Of a stretch of 64,000 bases of DNA, positions 48,781 through 62,862 are shown piece after piece; position 1 is the first letter of the stretch; every line of letters starts with the position of its first letter. The DNA is taken from assembly GCA_030390025.1 (NCBI GenBank), contig CM059432.1, positions 51,772,001 to 51,836,000 on the forward strand. The letters are read 5' to 3'. The translations under genes were made by a program, and so were the position numbers. The notes below the pieces were generated by a model that was not told the DNA's origin, did no database searches, and saw only the letters and a list, made by a program, of their open reading frames with translations. This stretch comes from Squalus acanthias (taxonomy: Eukaryota).

Positions 48781-51314
48781 TGTGAATGGGCCACGCAGCC
48801 CCTTAAAGGGGTCACGCAGCCAAAATAAACATTAGGGGAAACATTGGTTTCCACTGATTTTCCTACACAGTGATTGTGGGAGATCGTGAGAACTCCCACG
48901 GAAATTACTGTTGCATTTAAGTTTATCAGCTCTACTGCTTTTAATGAGGGTTGTGCATGAGTATGTAGCCTTGAAATGATTCTGTTGTGTATTTTTAATT
49001 TGGATTATTGCTCCTCAAGGTGATCAATGACCGTGCTGGAGCAAATGGGACTTTTGCCCTCAAACAGCCTCAAATGGTCTCAGATCATGTATAGCGCAAG
49101 TCAAACGACATTGAAAGCTCTGTCTCTCCTGCATTGCCCTGACTATGTACATAAACTGATCTTCAAAGAGCACCCCCTAATGCAGCAGTATGACTTTTCC
49201 CATTCAATTCATCCTTATGGCTATTTCTAACCAATTGCGTAATCATGCTCTGTTGTACAAAATTTTGGATCAGCTTTATTATGTGGAAGGTTCACCAAAT
49301 ACTAGATTAAGACCAAAATTTATTTTAGATACGAAAGTACAACTCACTGTCCTTCTGTTCAGTAGGTTTTATTTCACTCCAGCTGGGAGCCTAGCTTTGA
49401 ACTCATCGAGTTGATTCATCATCATCTGCCTTGAATGATTAGTTAGGTACAGATGAAAAGGAATCTATTTTTGTACAGTGCATTTTTCCAATTATCTAAT
49501 GGACGCACGTATAGCTCATGTGATATTGAAAGGACACATATTTGAAATGCATTTCTCTGGGTTCATGATATCAGAACTGTTTAGGGGCTTCCAAGTTAAT
49601 TCTCTAGTGTAGTGTTTATATGATGGGCTGTAAAACCCATTGGTGTTTTATCCTGGCAGCTTGCCCTAAATGTGTAGATGAGGCCCAAGGCCCAATTTCA
49701 GGACAGTGTCTGGTGTCTCTGTTTGGGTGTGCGCTACCCAAACTAATTTCTACCCCAATGTTTAGAATCACACATGAAGAATAGCCAGTTAGTGAGGTAC
49801 TAGAGGGCTACAGGTGCTTGTGGAACCTGGTGTGGAGAAGAATGGAGAACAAAATGGTCTATCATCTAAGTGTTTTCACTCATAAATATAAAAAGCAATT
49901 ATATATAATATATGGAAATAGCACTAGTTCCATTGAGAGCACAGGAAATCACACTCTTTCTTTCTGATAAGGTTCTAACTATCTTCACAGAGATACAGTG
50001 TGAGTGATAACAGTTTTCATGTCAAGCTTTGAACCTTAACTTAAGGAAATCAAGTTATAAACAGACAATCTTTTTAAGGCTGCACTTCTTTCTCAGGCAT
50101 GTGCAATACTGATGTTTGTTGTTCACCTTTCACATCTTAGACCACAGCGTGACACTTAAGTGTTGGAGAATTCTTTGTCTTTTCTTTCAACACAAGGTTG
50201 ATGCTGAGTGATGAAACACTAGGACTAGAAATAACCGGCTGCACATTATTAAAAGCTGCGCACTAGGTGTGGAAAATGAGCCCCTGCTTTGCAAAAGATG
50301 TTTGAACAGTCACTACCACAAAACCTTTAATGTCTGATGAATCAACCCCAATATAAATATAATTGGATCCCAAGCTTAAAGATGTGGCATTCAAAAAATG
50401 ATCCTGTAAAAAAAATGTCATCATTATTTTCTGCTTTGGTAGAATGATTTTGGATGAATGCCAAAAATCAACTCTTTTTCTGTATATGTGCTCATTTTTC
50501 TTCAACTTCAAACATACCCTCAAGGCAAAGTTCTGTTTTCGTGCACACCACTGACTTCCCCAGAACAAGGAGCCAGCCAGTATTAATAGGCTGCAGTTAT
50601 GATGCTATTCTGTTTAAAACAAGCAATTATAAACTACAATATATTACTCGTGCTTTGTTTCTGCAATATGTCTGTTTAATACTAGAAGCTGGTACTGACT
50701 TAGACTATTTGTTAAAAATCTATTGCGAACATTGGATTTAGTTTCTCAAAAAATTAACTGAAATAACTTACAAATTGCGCATGAGGATGATGTTTCTTTT
50801 AGTCTTTATTGTAATTAAATAACATGCCTACACAAATCTGTTGTGCTTTTTAGGTCCCTTGATTAGGGGAAAACAGATAAAGGGACTTAAACAGTCCCGA
50901 ATGATTACATACAATATTTTATTTTAGTCAAATCTAAGGTATGTTGCTTCTCTTATTTCTCTCAGAAATTATAGCACTGTGATTAAAATCAAAAGCACAG
51001 CATTAATTATTGTGAATCCAATATCCCTAATATAGCAGATGATAATTTGAAACACTTGGCTATCTAATATTTATTTACTTAGAATGATGTTCTCCTATGA
51101 TTTTACCAAGAATAAATATAAGACTTACAATAATGTCATGAATAATTGAACATTTATAAAATATCCCAAATGACAGCAAGACGAAGGTAAAGGGAGAGGG
51201 AGTTAAACGTCAGATTTGATACAGAGTTACTGGATTTGAAACTCCATTAATTTCTTCATAAATCCCTCACCCTAAGCTTTTTAGCTGAAAGCTATGTTTG
51301 AATCTAGTTACAAT

Positions 51315-52288
51315 GGCCTCAATATTAACCCCCTCACAACGGGTGGGGGAGGGTCGGGGGATTAAAAATTTAAACACAGGGAACGCGTCCCCAACTGACC
51401 GTGTATACGCACCTGTTGCCGTTTTTACGGTGGAGGGTTTCGTGTCATGCGAGTGTCCCAGGCTCCACAGTACAATCGGGAGCCTGATTCAAATTTAACA
51501 GTTGTCGCGCGGGTTTCCCAGGGCTCGGGAAACCTGGCCGTAAAAGGGAGAAGGGAGCTGCCGGCTCAAGAAAGTATGTTCTCCCAAATGTCCAAAAATG
51601 TGTGGGTTAGGTTGATTTGGCTATGATAAATTGACCCTTAGTGTTAGGGGGGATTAAATGTGTGGGGTTATGGGGATAGGATGGGATATGTTAGGGGGAA
51701 TTAAATACGTGGGGTTACGGGGGTAGGGTGGGATATGTGTACTGTGGGGATTAAAGCAGGGACAGGGTACTGGATTTGGATGATCAGCCATGATCGTATT
51801 GAATGGCGGAGCAGGCTCGACGGGCCGAATGGCCTACTCCTGCTCCTAGATTCTATGTTTCTATGTTTCTATGTTTCTCCCCCTGGCCACTCAAGACAGC
51901 CTTCGGCCTTCCCTCTGCCAATGGCGGCATCTCTCTGACCCCACCGTGATCGCAGACCTCTACCCCACTCCAGCACCGTTCTCTTGCTCCTTCCCTTCCA
52001 TGATGGGCGACATCCCACCCACCCCAGCCCCTATCACTCGCTTCCTCCACCCCCTCGCGATTGCCAGGGACCGTCCCCAAGGGCCCAGGCTGCGGCCTCC
52101 TGACGCTGTTTTCCTGCCAGACAGCCAGCCAGCCTGTCAATTTGGTCAGCTGCCATGCAGGAAACGGAACAAAAAAATTATAATGAGGTCCTTCCGTTAA
52201 ATTCAGCAGGATCTCCGTGTCCCCGGCCTTGTCAGGTTTTCACTGCGCTTCCCCGCACCCCCCCTGCCTCCCTGTAAATATCGGGGAC
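51315..52288. mobile_element. Harbinger-type MITE with nested V-SINE
   Basis: TIRs GGCCTCAATATT / AATATCGGGGAC, TSD AAT; right part reverse-homologous to 21930-22370. Confidence 0.8.
51588..51878 (+). mobile_element. HE1-like V-SINE, 5'-truncated, with CR1-derived tail
   Basis: Near-identical to the reverse complement of 63631-63898; (CTATGTTT)n tail. Confidence 0.9.
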
Positions 52289-53849
52289 AATATGTTGCAC
52301 AAATGTGTTCTGATCAATTAAAAAGTCTTAAATGTTCAAAAGAGGAATTTTATGCTACTGTTACACTGCTCTGAATGCGATCGGTTCAGTCTGAAAGACT
52401 GTGAAGGTTCTGTCCTTAAGCATTTTTATCCTGGTCTTCGGTTTATCTGCGTGGCAATAATATGGGCAGACAAGCCAGTGGAAGGGCACGGAAGCTTGCC
52501 TAAATGTACTTGACGCGAATTGAGTGAGTCTTTTTTTTTAAAACTATATACATCAGAGTGAACATTTTCTTTCATCAGATTACAAGTGACTTTGTTTATG
52601 CATAGGTTCTGGCCTCACAGAAGGAATTTCAAGCTGCTGCCACCATAGTGTCTTTTAAAGGAAAATGTGGACAACACTTGAAGTGAAAGATGAGTAATTG
52701 CATTTCACATACTGTAGAGTCTTTTGGACACCATTACATTGCCCAGGGAGATTGGTCCATTCCCAGGACTATACATTGGTAGTTCGCTTTGCCAGTACGA
52801 ATCAAGGTGTTTCCTAGTTACAGGAAATAATTTGGCCTTATTAATATGGACCTGTTTTAGTTTGAGTGTGTGTTCTTTCAAACCTTCAAGTCCAAGATCA
52901 AGTCTTAACTTGTCCTATGCATGCAGATTTCTCAGCGTCAGGTGGGTATCCCACTGTGGGGAAAAAAATAACAGCCCAGTCTGTTTGATGAGTTAGTGCC
53001 ACCCTGTTAGTAGGTTCAGTGGGGCCTGTCTGACAGCCTACCTTCTTTCAGCTTGATAACTGGTATAAAATGCATGTGACTGCAAGTGTCAGTATCATAA
53101 AATTAATATAATTTCCACGTATCACTGTGAACACAAATGTGTTTGACCTTGTGGAACACTTCTGATTCATAATTGAAAGATACCAACTGTTAGACAGCCT
53201 GAGAGTACCAAGCACAGTGGGCTGTTTGACAATTTGTGAGAGTAGAATATGAAAGATTTTTAAATATATTAATGGAGGTAGCTTACTTTGAAAACTTACC
53301 ATTGAAAGTTCACTCAATGCACTTATTGTACTCTGATATTTAACAGTTGCTAGAGGAACTATGGAAGAATTGATAGTATTTCCCATATTTGCTAAAACAC
53401 CCTAAAATTTTGCATTATCGGGGATTAGGAGGACATGGATCTGACCTATTACAAGGCCAAATGTTGTGTTCAACCCACTGAATAGATTTTAAGGGTTGTT
53501 TTTCAACCTAGGGATGGGTTGACCGATCAACCTATTAGATGCTGCTCACCATTGTATCACAGTATACTGGACCAGACAGAATTGCGATCATATTAAACTT
53601 GGGTGTAGTGTCATAGATAATTGCACAGCTACGGCAAATTATGTATTTGATCCACTTGAGTGTGGAGAAGATCCTCCAGCTGGTTCCCTTTTCTCAAATA
53701 CTGCAAACAGCACCATCTCCCTTAGCTCTCTCAAAACTGGGTACTTCTTAAGCCCTCTTTCACTTCTTTACATCTCCCTTTATTTTGTTTACTCCACGTC
53801 TTCATTACACAGGTCTTTTGAATGCCTTGGAGATCTCTCTTTCCTATCC

Positions 53850-56266
53850 ATAGAATCCGACTGGTATGTTGTTTCCCAGGTGCTGGTGTTTGGAACATCA
53901 AGGAGGGAATACAAAAGGTTCTAGACTGGAAAGGCGAGCAGCCAGAGGTTGTGGTTCATGTGGGAAGCAATGACATCGATAGGAATAGGTTCAAGGTTCT
54001 GCAAATGGATTTCAAGGAGTTATATTCTAGATTAATGAGCAGAACCACCAGGGTAGTAATCTCTGAATTATTCCCAGTGCCACGCAATGGACTAGACAGG
54101 GAGAGAAAGATTAGGATTGTCACCACCTGGCTGGAAGGATGATGTAGAAGGGAGGGTTTCAAATTTCTGTGACACTGATACCACTTTAGGGGCAGGCTAG
54201 GCTGTGTAAGGGGTTACGGTCCTAGGTGCTTGTGCGGGGTTAGGCCTTCGTTGCCTAATACTATTGCTTGCTCTGGTCTCCGGCCAGCCTTGTTGCAATA
54301 AACACCTGTGAGTGGTTCGACCCACTCGCCCTTACGGTTCTGACACTGGACTTAGGTGCGAGAGCAGTAATGCAGAGAAAACTCAGGTAGACCCGGTTGA
54401 ATAGTACGAAATGGAAATCTTTATTGCATATTGTTGAGAATTACGAAATACATGTCATAAGCACAGATTAATGACAGTACAAGCTTACGTACATTTATTA
54501 AACTAGGTTTAGGGAAACGAGGAGCGCACGACACATCGAAAAAGGGGACACACATTATAATTATCCTTAATAAAACCCCCCTCCCCTATCAATGCCTGCT
54601 CTAATCTAGATCTGTAGGATCGAGAAACATGCTCACCACTCGTAATACCTCGGAGAATTCTAAAACGGTGCTCGGCTGTTTTCGCTGCAACACCTGACCG
54701 TTCACGTGTTGACCAGGGGTCTCTGTACCCCACTTGTTTATTTTCTCTGCTGCTGCAAGCAGGCTGGGCTCCCCGTTGTCATGAAGAACTCGACAGTGCT
54801 TGGGCCCGGCTGTAGAACTCAAAGAAAAGTCTTTCTGGACCGACACCAGTTAGCCGGTAGAATTCAAAGAAGAGTCTTTGACCAGTTCATGCAGTAACCT
54901 GTAGAGTTCAAAAATGGTCTTTATATTTATGGGCGCGGTCGGGGTTTACTGACCGCGGCGGCACGTGGATTCTTCTTCTTCTCTTCTCATCTCATCTCAT
55001 CTCCTCGGGCCTTCGGGTCCAGACACCATTTACCGACCTTCGGGATGGTGCACCCGATTTCGCAGCGCGCCACGAGGTCGACCCCAAAAGGGATCAGCGG
55101 AACAAGAGAGAGTAACGGTCGTCCAGGATAAGAGCCAAGAGTCGATTCCAAGCGAAAGACAGAATAAGAGTTCAGCCCGAGTCCATAGTCAGCAAAGATA
55201 AGAGTCAAGAGCCAAGAGAAATAAGAGAGCGATGGACGTTTGTTGTCTATAGTTATAGTACTCGGTTCCCTTATCTCCCGCCCAATCTTAATGTTCATCT
55301 TTTGTAAAATCTTGGCACTCAAACTTCTTGTATGGAGTGGTTCTTGTCGTTAATGGGTTTCGGTGATACTTGTAACTGTCTAAGTACCCGTTAATTTCTC
55401 CCATTGTGGAACCGGCTAGGAGTCTCCCTGGAGGGGTTTTGGGGGCCTCCGAATTCTTGCTGTGAGTACCCGCGAACGGCTCTCTCATCGTAGAGCCGCG
55501 GGGAATTTGCGTATCAATGTCTTTGGATGGGCCCTTGATTGCTCAGTACAATAGCCCTCGTTTGTGTATGGAAAACTGATTCCAGCACTTATATTTCTTG
55601 CTTAGGTGTCAAAAATGCAAAACGATCGCGTCTTGTCTTATATCAATATATGCTGAGCATTGTCCGATCTTGCTGAAAAGTTTATTGGAACGCCATCTTG
55701 TCTGCCTACTGAAAGTCTAGAAACTTCTGCCACGAGGCGCGGTGGCCATTTTACAGGCTTCTTGTGTCCGTTTTGAAACCTGACAGCATTTTGCTGAAAT
55801 AAAACTGTTTTAACGAATCTGTGTCTCTCTTTCTCGTTATTTCGAAATCGCGATAATTTGCGAATTTTACAGCTGTACAGATGGGATAGCCTTCACCTAA
55901 AGCAGAGGCATCCATATCCTGCTGGAAAGGGGAAATAGGACAGTCGGGAAAGATTTAAATTAGTTGCGGGGGTGGGAGGGGGAAATCCATATCCATATTG
56001 TAAGCCAAAAGGTGTGAGAAAAGAACCAACAGGACATTTGGGCAGAGTGGGGACAGTTACCCAGATAAGAGTTCTGTATATGAATGCACGCAGCATAATA
56101 AATAAAACCTTAATATAGCTTAAAGGGTATGATGTGGTAGCCATTACAGAGCCGGACTACACCCTGAACATGATTGAGAGCTGAATATCCCAGGCTGTAA
56201 GCTCTTTAGAATGGACAGGGAAATTGGGAAAGGAGGTGGAGCAGCAATATTGATAAAAGACACGTT
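53850..56266 (+). mobile_element. CR1 5' region: ORF1 SGNH/esterase domain and start of ORF2 endonuclease, split by a solo LTR
   Basis: VCCFPGA..VVHVGSND..LYRWDSLHL; LYMNARSI..YDVVAITE..GKGGGAAILIK. Confidence 0.88.
54205..55871 (-). mobile_element. Long solo LTR (1667 bp)
   Basis: TGTAA...TTACA, 4-bp TSD GCTG; CR1 ORF1 resumes across it; minus-strand TATA (about 54922) and AATAAA (about 54420). Confidence 0.88.
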
Positions 56267-56695
56267 GGGGGCTAAATTGGATCGCCCCTGAAAACGGGCG
56301 CGAGATCGCGATGCGCGATTAACCTGAACCCGTGGGATGTAATGCAGGCAGCACGGCATCTTTGCGCTGCCTGCTCATCATCATGATTTCTGCGTGCAGC
56401 CAGTGCTAACTGTGCTGTTCATTGGCTGCATGCATCAGCCAGGGGCCCAAAATTGTTACTTGCTAGCTCTACTCAAAGCTAGCCTGCAGCTCTTAAAGGG
56501 AAGGTGCATTGTGGCTGCAGGGGGTGCTGACATCATTTGGAATAGTGCTGTGCAACATAGAACAGTGGTTGGCCATGGGAGAGAGCATGTGTGCCAAGGT
56601 TTTCTGACACTGCACTGGAGGTCTTGGTGGACTAAGTGGAAAGGAGGAGAGACGCCCGGTATCCGCAGGGGGCCGGAAGGCCCTCCAGACACATG

Positions 56696-58478
56696 GGGCT
56701 AGATTTTGTGGGGGTCAGCGCGATTGGTGCCGGGTCGGGTGGGAAAGTTTTTTTCCCCAGCGGGTCAGGACCCCGCTGAGAACCCACTGCCACGTGCTTT
56801 ACCAAATGTTGGGTCTGCCAGCACTGAACAGACCCAACAGGCAGCGGTGGGGGAGGCAATTAAAATCATTAGTGGCTTGTTTACAGCCACTTATCAATGG
56901 TTTTTTCCCAGCTTTCTGGATTTGACAGCTCGCCCACCGGTTTTCCGCTGTGCCTAGTTCTCGTCTGTGAAGCTGAGGTAGAAGTCACTTGCCATTGAAT
57001 CAGCTGATGAGTTGACAGCTTCAAATGTCAAGTCAAAACTCCTAGCTGATTGACAAATGTTTCCTTAACCACTAGCTTCTCCAAACTTCATTTCCACTAC
57101 AGATTCAGAATGCTGCACGTCTTTACACAAGTCTTCATCCAGTCTGATCTCATTACCTCTCCCACCACTGACAGATTGCTTCTTTCATCTCTACTTCACC
57201 TGCCATCTATTCCATCAGCATGGGGTGCCATTGAAAATCTCTCACCTTGGTCCTCAGAATTCCACTACGATCAGCCCCAACACCAGCATCACCAGGCACA
57301 CCAGCAGCACCAACAACAACACCAACCTCCTCCGCAATCAACTGATGCTGCACAGGACTAAGGGCATCAGCACCTGAGCACATTGCTACCTGGGAGGCCA
57401 GGGATGATCTCTGCATGGCCAGATTTACTTCACTTGACGCTGTACACCCTGGCTACCACATGAGGTACCAGGTTGGCACCACCCCACACCAACACCATAA
57501 AGCATCCTTACAATGCCCAAGCCATTCCTTTCTCACTCATCAGCATTGCGGGGGGTACCGTTATGTCTCACCATTCACTGCAACTCACTAAGCCACTTCC
57601 AAAGGTGCACACAAATCTGTCCAAGAACGCAAAGTGTTGAAAATAAAGATTTCAATGTTTGACAACCACATTAACAGAAACTTTACATGGACATTGCATA
57701 AAACACCCAAGTGCCTACCCTTGTGTGTTGTTAATTGGTATGATTACACTAGGATGAGGGTGAGTGTGAGGGGTGGCTAGTGAGATGGGGATGTGATAAT
57801 GTAGGTGAGAGGGATGGGTGGAGGTGCAAGGTAAGTTGGTGTGAGTAAGGATGTGCAGGAGTAGGGTAGGGAAGGCAGAGTGATGGGGATGTGATGAGAG
57901 GCACAGTAGGATGAGGTTGAGTGTGGCTTTGCACTAACATTTTATAATCTACTGAGATCATTGAAACGTTTGCGGCACTGCACCCAGATCCTCCTGACAT
58001 CACCCAGGTCCTCCTGACCATATCCCTGCTTGTGCCCTCCTCTATAATGTGCAACCAGGCTGCGTTGATCTCCTGGGGAGGTCTCTTCCGCCCATAGGAA
58101 GGGAAGAGGAACGCCCTGCGTGCTGTGACTCCCTCCATAAGCATATGGAGGGCATCGTGGGAGAGCCTGGGTGCAGCCCTGCACCCCTGTGCAGTGCTTG
58201 TCAGTGTTTGCAGCACCTCAATGCTGTAGAACACTGACAGCACAAATGTCAAAAGAAAGTTGGCCATGGTCCCTTTATGGAAACCGGCTGATGACACGTC
58301 ATCAAATGACATCATCAGACCCACTTCCTCTAATTGGCTGGGAAACGCGCTGGGCGGGCTTAACAAGCCCAATCATGGTAAATTCATTTTAGAGACCAGG
58401 ATGGAGCCAGCAGCGGAGTCGGGACTCACCACCTACATTGCACGCCACATACCCACCAAGGCTTGTAAAATCGTGGCC
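56696..58478. mobile_element. Internally deleted Harbinger nested in Myb exon 1
   Basis: TIRs GGGCTAGATTTT / AAAATCGTGGCC, TSD ATG; transposase stubs at about 57220-57430; Myb exon on minus about 57950-58190. Confidence 0.85.
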
Positions 58479-59312
58479 ATGGTAAAAAGGCAGTGGGAGC
58501 AGATAGACACAGAGGTCAATGGCAGGAGTGCAGCCCCAAGCACCTGGATGCAGTGTCGCAAGATGTCTAATGACCTCACACGAGTGGTCACAGTCAGTGA
58601 ATGCATCTTCAAATGCCATATCCTACCAACTGCACCACTAGCCTCACACACTGCTCAAACCACAACAGCCCCATCACTCACCCACCAACAATCTCTATCA
58701 GGACTCACACCTAACATTTATATGCTTCATTTCACCCTCAAGCACTTAGCACACATAGCACTGTTGCAAGCCTCACACCCACATCTCACAGCTTGCAAAC
58801 ATTGCCAGCTATTCAACCATGACAACCACATCACCCAAACATATTGCACGACACTCACTGACACACTTCCCTCTTTCCTGCAGGAGAAGGTGGCACACAA
58901 CCAGAGGCAGAAGGAACTAACCGGAGGGGGAGAGGCGCTCCTGCATGCTCTAAACCCCATGGTGGAGTCGGTGCTGGAGATTATTGGAGTGGCCATCGCT
59001 GAGGCCGTGTCCAGTGATGGGGCTGAATCCATCGAAGATGAAGGTATCCTCGTACCTAATCCTCCTTCTCACATCCCACTTCCCCCTCATTCCACAATTT
59101 CTTCTGACTTACAAGCATGCACCTCTTAATTTCCCCCCCTCCCCTCACCACAACCTTACCCTTGTGCTTTTCTCCTTTCAGACACCCGAGAAGTGCAACC
59201 TGGCCATGCAGTGGAGGAAGACCAAGAAGACAGTGATGATGAAGACAGACCGTCACTTGATTTCACACTCGCAGTCACCAGCTCAGATACTGACACTGCG
59301 CGTATCTTAGAG

Positions 59313-60067
59313 CAGGGGTTCTCAAACTTTTTGCTCCCAAGGCCCCCCTCTCGTAACATAAAAATTCCGCGGACCTCCTGTAACACAACACATGTATTTT
59401 TTCTGTATAAAAATTGTGTAGGGGTAGGGACGACAGTTTGTCCCAGTCTGTGGGAGGGGGGGACAGTTTGTCCCACAGTCTGTGTGTGGGGGGTGGGACA
59501 GTTTGACCCACAGTCTGTGTGTGGGTGGGGGGGGGACAGTTTGTCCCACAGTCTGTGGGGTGGTCGGTTCCGAGTTCCAATCACACATTCAGTTACTGGG
59601 CTTTAATGACAACGGAAGGTTTTGGAAACTCTGCGGGCCCGGCAACTATGGACAAGCCAAGGAGCAGCTGCACCGCCGAGCGGAGCCTCCCGGTAACAGT
59701 TTCAGGGGATTACCAAGCCGGGGCTTGGGGCCTTGTCTCAGTACCCAACGGCCAGCCCAATGAAGTCAGTCAGCTGCCCCAGGGCAGCCAGGGACCCTCT
59801 CACCCCAGCCAAGCCCGCACTGTCACTCCTCCCACCGGACCCAGCCTGCCTCTACCTGACGCCATCACACAGGACGTTGAGCAGCTCCTTCCCCGTTAAA
59901 CTGCAACCTCCCCTGCAATCGGCCCCTCAACCCGACCAAGGGCCCGCCCCCAGCCCTAGACTTCCCCAGATAGGCCCAGCACCAAGAAACCGGCCATTCT
60001 CTGGCGGACCCCCTGAAACCTTCTCGCGGACTCCTAGGGGGCGCGGACCCCCAGTTGAGAACCCCTG
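59313..60067. mobile_element. hAT (Charlie-like) MITE
   Basis: Perfect 13-bp TIR CAGGGGTTCTCAA / TTGAGAACCCCTG, 8-bp TSD TCTTAGAG. Confidence 0.93.
59427..59560. repeat. Minisatellite (GGGACAGTTTGTCCCACAGTCTGTG.. x4) inside the hAT MITE
   Basis: Four tandem units of about 30-38 bp, each with a GGGACA-GTT-TGTCCC inverted repeat. Confidence 0.85.
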
Positions 60068-61169
60068 TCTTAGAGGATAGTTTAGAGGTAGGATCTGCAC
60101 ATGATGAGTCACCGGGCACAAGTGCGCTGCAGTCAAGAGCAGGGGGAAAGGATAACGCAGATTCCAGCTCGCCTGGGGGGGTGAGGTCGCACAAGAGTTC
60201 TGCTGCAGAGGACTCAGATGAGGACTTCGATGGGCCAGGCTACAGAAGAAGGCTGATGGGTGTACACAATGAAATGCTTGGTGCATTGGGAAGCCTTCCA
60301 GAAAGCCTGCATTTAATGTCAAGGAGCTTGGAGGAGTCCAGCACCAACTTGACACAGGGCTTTGGGCAGAGCTTGGAGACCATCCTTTCCAGCGTGGAAG
60401 TGGTGGCCAACTCCATCAACACACTTGTGGACCCAACCATGATGCAGCGTCTGATGGCCGATGTCTCAGCTTCCATAGCAGCACAAGCAGCTTCCACCAA
60501 AAGTCTGAGTGCTGCAGTGGAAGCTCAGACTGAAGTCATGCAAGGTCAGCTTGCTACCATCATGGCCGTGGATACCAATGTTCAAAGGGGCTTGCAGTGT
60601 GTCACAACAGTCCAGCACTCTGTCCTCCAACAGATTACTAGAATTGCTGAGGCACTGCCCCGGGGATTGGCAGTGGCTCCATGGAGCACGAGTCTGCTGT
60701 CCTCTCTCAGAATGACAGCATTTGTGCTCCCACCACTGCCACTCCACCAGTGGCCTTGTTGCTGCCAGTCAGCCAGCCAGCCCAGATTGCTGCTGCCCAT
60801 GCCATGATGGTGTTGTCTGAAGCCAGGCCTTCTGGGCCCAGAGCTGCTCAAGGTCATCCTCCAAGGCCATCTGCAGTCTCCCCCACTGAAAGTCAGCAGC
60901 CTTCCACCAGCCATGCTGCAGCCACTGGGGTAGCACTGTGTAGAAGCACTGGGACAGGCAAAGGCACGAAAGGAATGCACAAGGGTGATTATTTTGAGTT
61001 CATATGCAATATGGCATGATTTCATTGATAAATTTGGTTTGGATTGTTTATTTTGTGTTAGCTTTTATTTTTGCATTTTGGCCAAGAGGATGATGTGATG
61101 GTCAGTGACAGAGGAAAGGTAAGAAATGTGGGACTGTTGGTGAATGGGGAATTGGGGTTGAGGTTACTG

Positions 61170-62862
61170 GTATCGCACTTGAATTAGTTCTTCATGTACA
61201 GCCCGGGCAGAAAGGGGCTGTCTAGGTTGCAGCCTCCCTTTCTCTTCCTCATCTTCCGTCTCCTCTTCTTCTACGTCCTCCTCCTACTCCTCCTCATGCT
61301 CCTGCTCCTCAGCTTCTCGCCTGATAAGTCGTGACAAGGCTGTTCCCTCATGATGCCAAGGTTGTGCAGCATGCAGCATACTACCACAAATCTTGAGACC
61401 CGCTCAGCCGAGTACTGCAGGGCTCCTCCAGAACAGAATCATTGTTTCAGCATGCCAATGGTCTGCTCTATCGCATTTCTTGTGGCAGCATGGCTCTAAT
61501 TGTATGCATGCTGCGCATGTGTGTATGGGTTGTGAACCGGAGTCATGAGCCATGTAGTCAGCAGATAGCACTTATCGCCCAGTAGCCACCCTTTGGTTTG
61601 CCGTGGTGGCTGAAATACAGCTGGCACAGCAGTCTGCCTCAGAATGAAGGCATCATGACTGCTGCCAGGATACCGGGCATTGACCTGCATGATGCACCGC
61701 CTTTGGTCACACAGCAACTGCACGGTTCCGGTACATGGCAGAGTTGACATGCGGTACCCGCAAAGCAATGTGCGTGCAGTCAATGACATGCTGCAACATG
61801 GGGAAGCCTGCAAACCCTGCAAATCCTCGTGCTCGCTCCGTCTGCTTGTATCTGGCAAGAGGGAATGAAATGACCTTCCTTATGCAACAGTGGACTGCAA
61901 ACTGCGAGATGTTGCTAATGGCCCAGAAATTAAACAATGAGCGTTCCTGCGGGGGTAAGGCTTCCCCACGATATCTCACTCCGCGCCTACCTTTTTCCTC
62001 CGGGCCCACACGAACTTTAGATTCAAGCCCTCTGCCACATGCAACTGTGCAGTGCTTGCGTGACCCAGAGACGCAATTAGTTCGTGCGAGCTCTGGGATC
62101 ACGTGATTCAGTTAGAGCCAATGGCAGCACACTATCTTTCATTCATAGTTTTGACGGCAAGAGCTGTCAAAGCTATGAATATTACAAACCCCCAAAAGTA
62201 CAGCTAAACCTCAATTAAATTTTTTTTAAAAGCCATCACATTAATAAAATAAGTATAGTTAAATAAATTAACCACTTTAAACAAAAAGTTAAATTTGGAA
62301 AAAATTTAAAATCTTTTTAAAAGTTATAAAAATAAACTTACCTTTCTTTAAAGTCTCTAAAAAAGATAAACCTGTTGAAAATTTTTTTAAAAACACTTAA
62401 TTAACTACTTACCTTGTTAAAAGGGGGTCCTACGCCTGCTTTCTTTATGTGTAAAATCTTCAACACTTACCTGCGCGTTCAAAGCTGAAAAAATAACTAA
62501 GTGCACTGCATGCGCACAGCCTGTAGCGCGCACGCGGTTCACTTAGGAACCTCCCCCTTTTGAATTCACGAAGTGCCGGTTTCCCGCGCATGCGCAGTGC
62601 ATGCAGGAAACCGGCACTTGGAGACCTAAAACGCGAGAGTACACAGTGCGTACTCTTGCGTATTAGGTCTAATTTTCGGGCCAATATCTCCAGCACCAGC
62701 CTGGAAGGAGCCAGACGCATAAAAGCTCATAGCCACCATCACCTTCACAGCCACTGGCACTGCGATCCTTGCCCTGCTCTGGGGTTGGAGTTGTGGCTGC
62801 AGCAGTTGGCAGTTGGCAGATTTCAGTGGCGACCTCCTTCTTAAAGCGCAGACGTCTCAGAC
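61170..62862 (-). pseudogene. Harbinger transposase pseudogene (interrupted)
   Basis: FAGFPMLQHVIDCTHIAL, YPGSSHDAFILR, WLLGDKCY; FYASGSFQ beyond the 61920-62682 insert. Confidence 0.88.
61920..62682. mobile_element. Harbinger-type MITE (family C) nested in transposase
   Basis: TIRs GGCCCAGAAATTA / TAATTTTCGGGCC, TSD AAT. Confidence 0.85.

Larger units (their letters stand above)
56576..60990 (+). pseudogene. Harbinger Myb/SANT-like gene pseudogene
   Basis: PRFSDTALEVLV..[insert]..WEQI..WMQCRKMSNDLTRV; exon 2 CAG/EKVAHNQRQKELTGGG; exon 3 split by hAT MITE. Confidence 0.82.

Noticed and set aside
59427..59560. CRISPR-like palindromic repeats
   Set aside because: No unique spacers; eukaryotic minisatellite inside a hAT MITE
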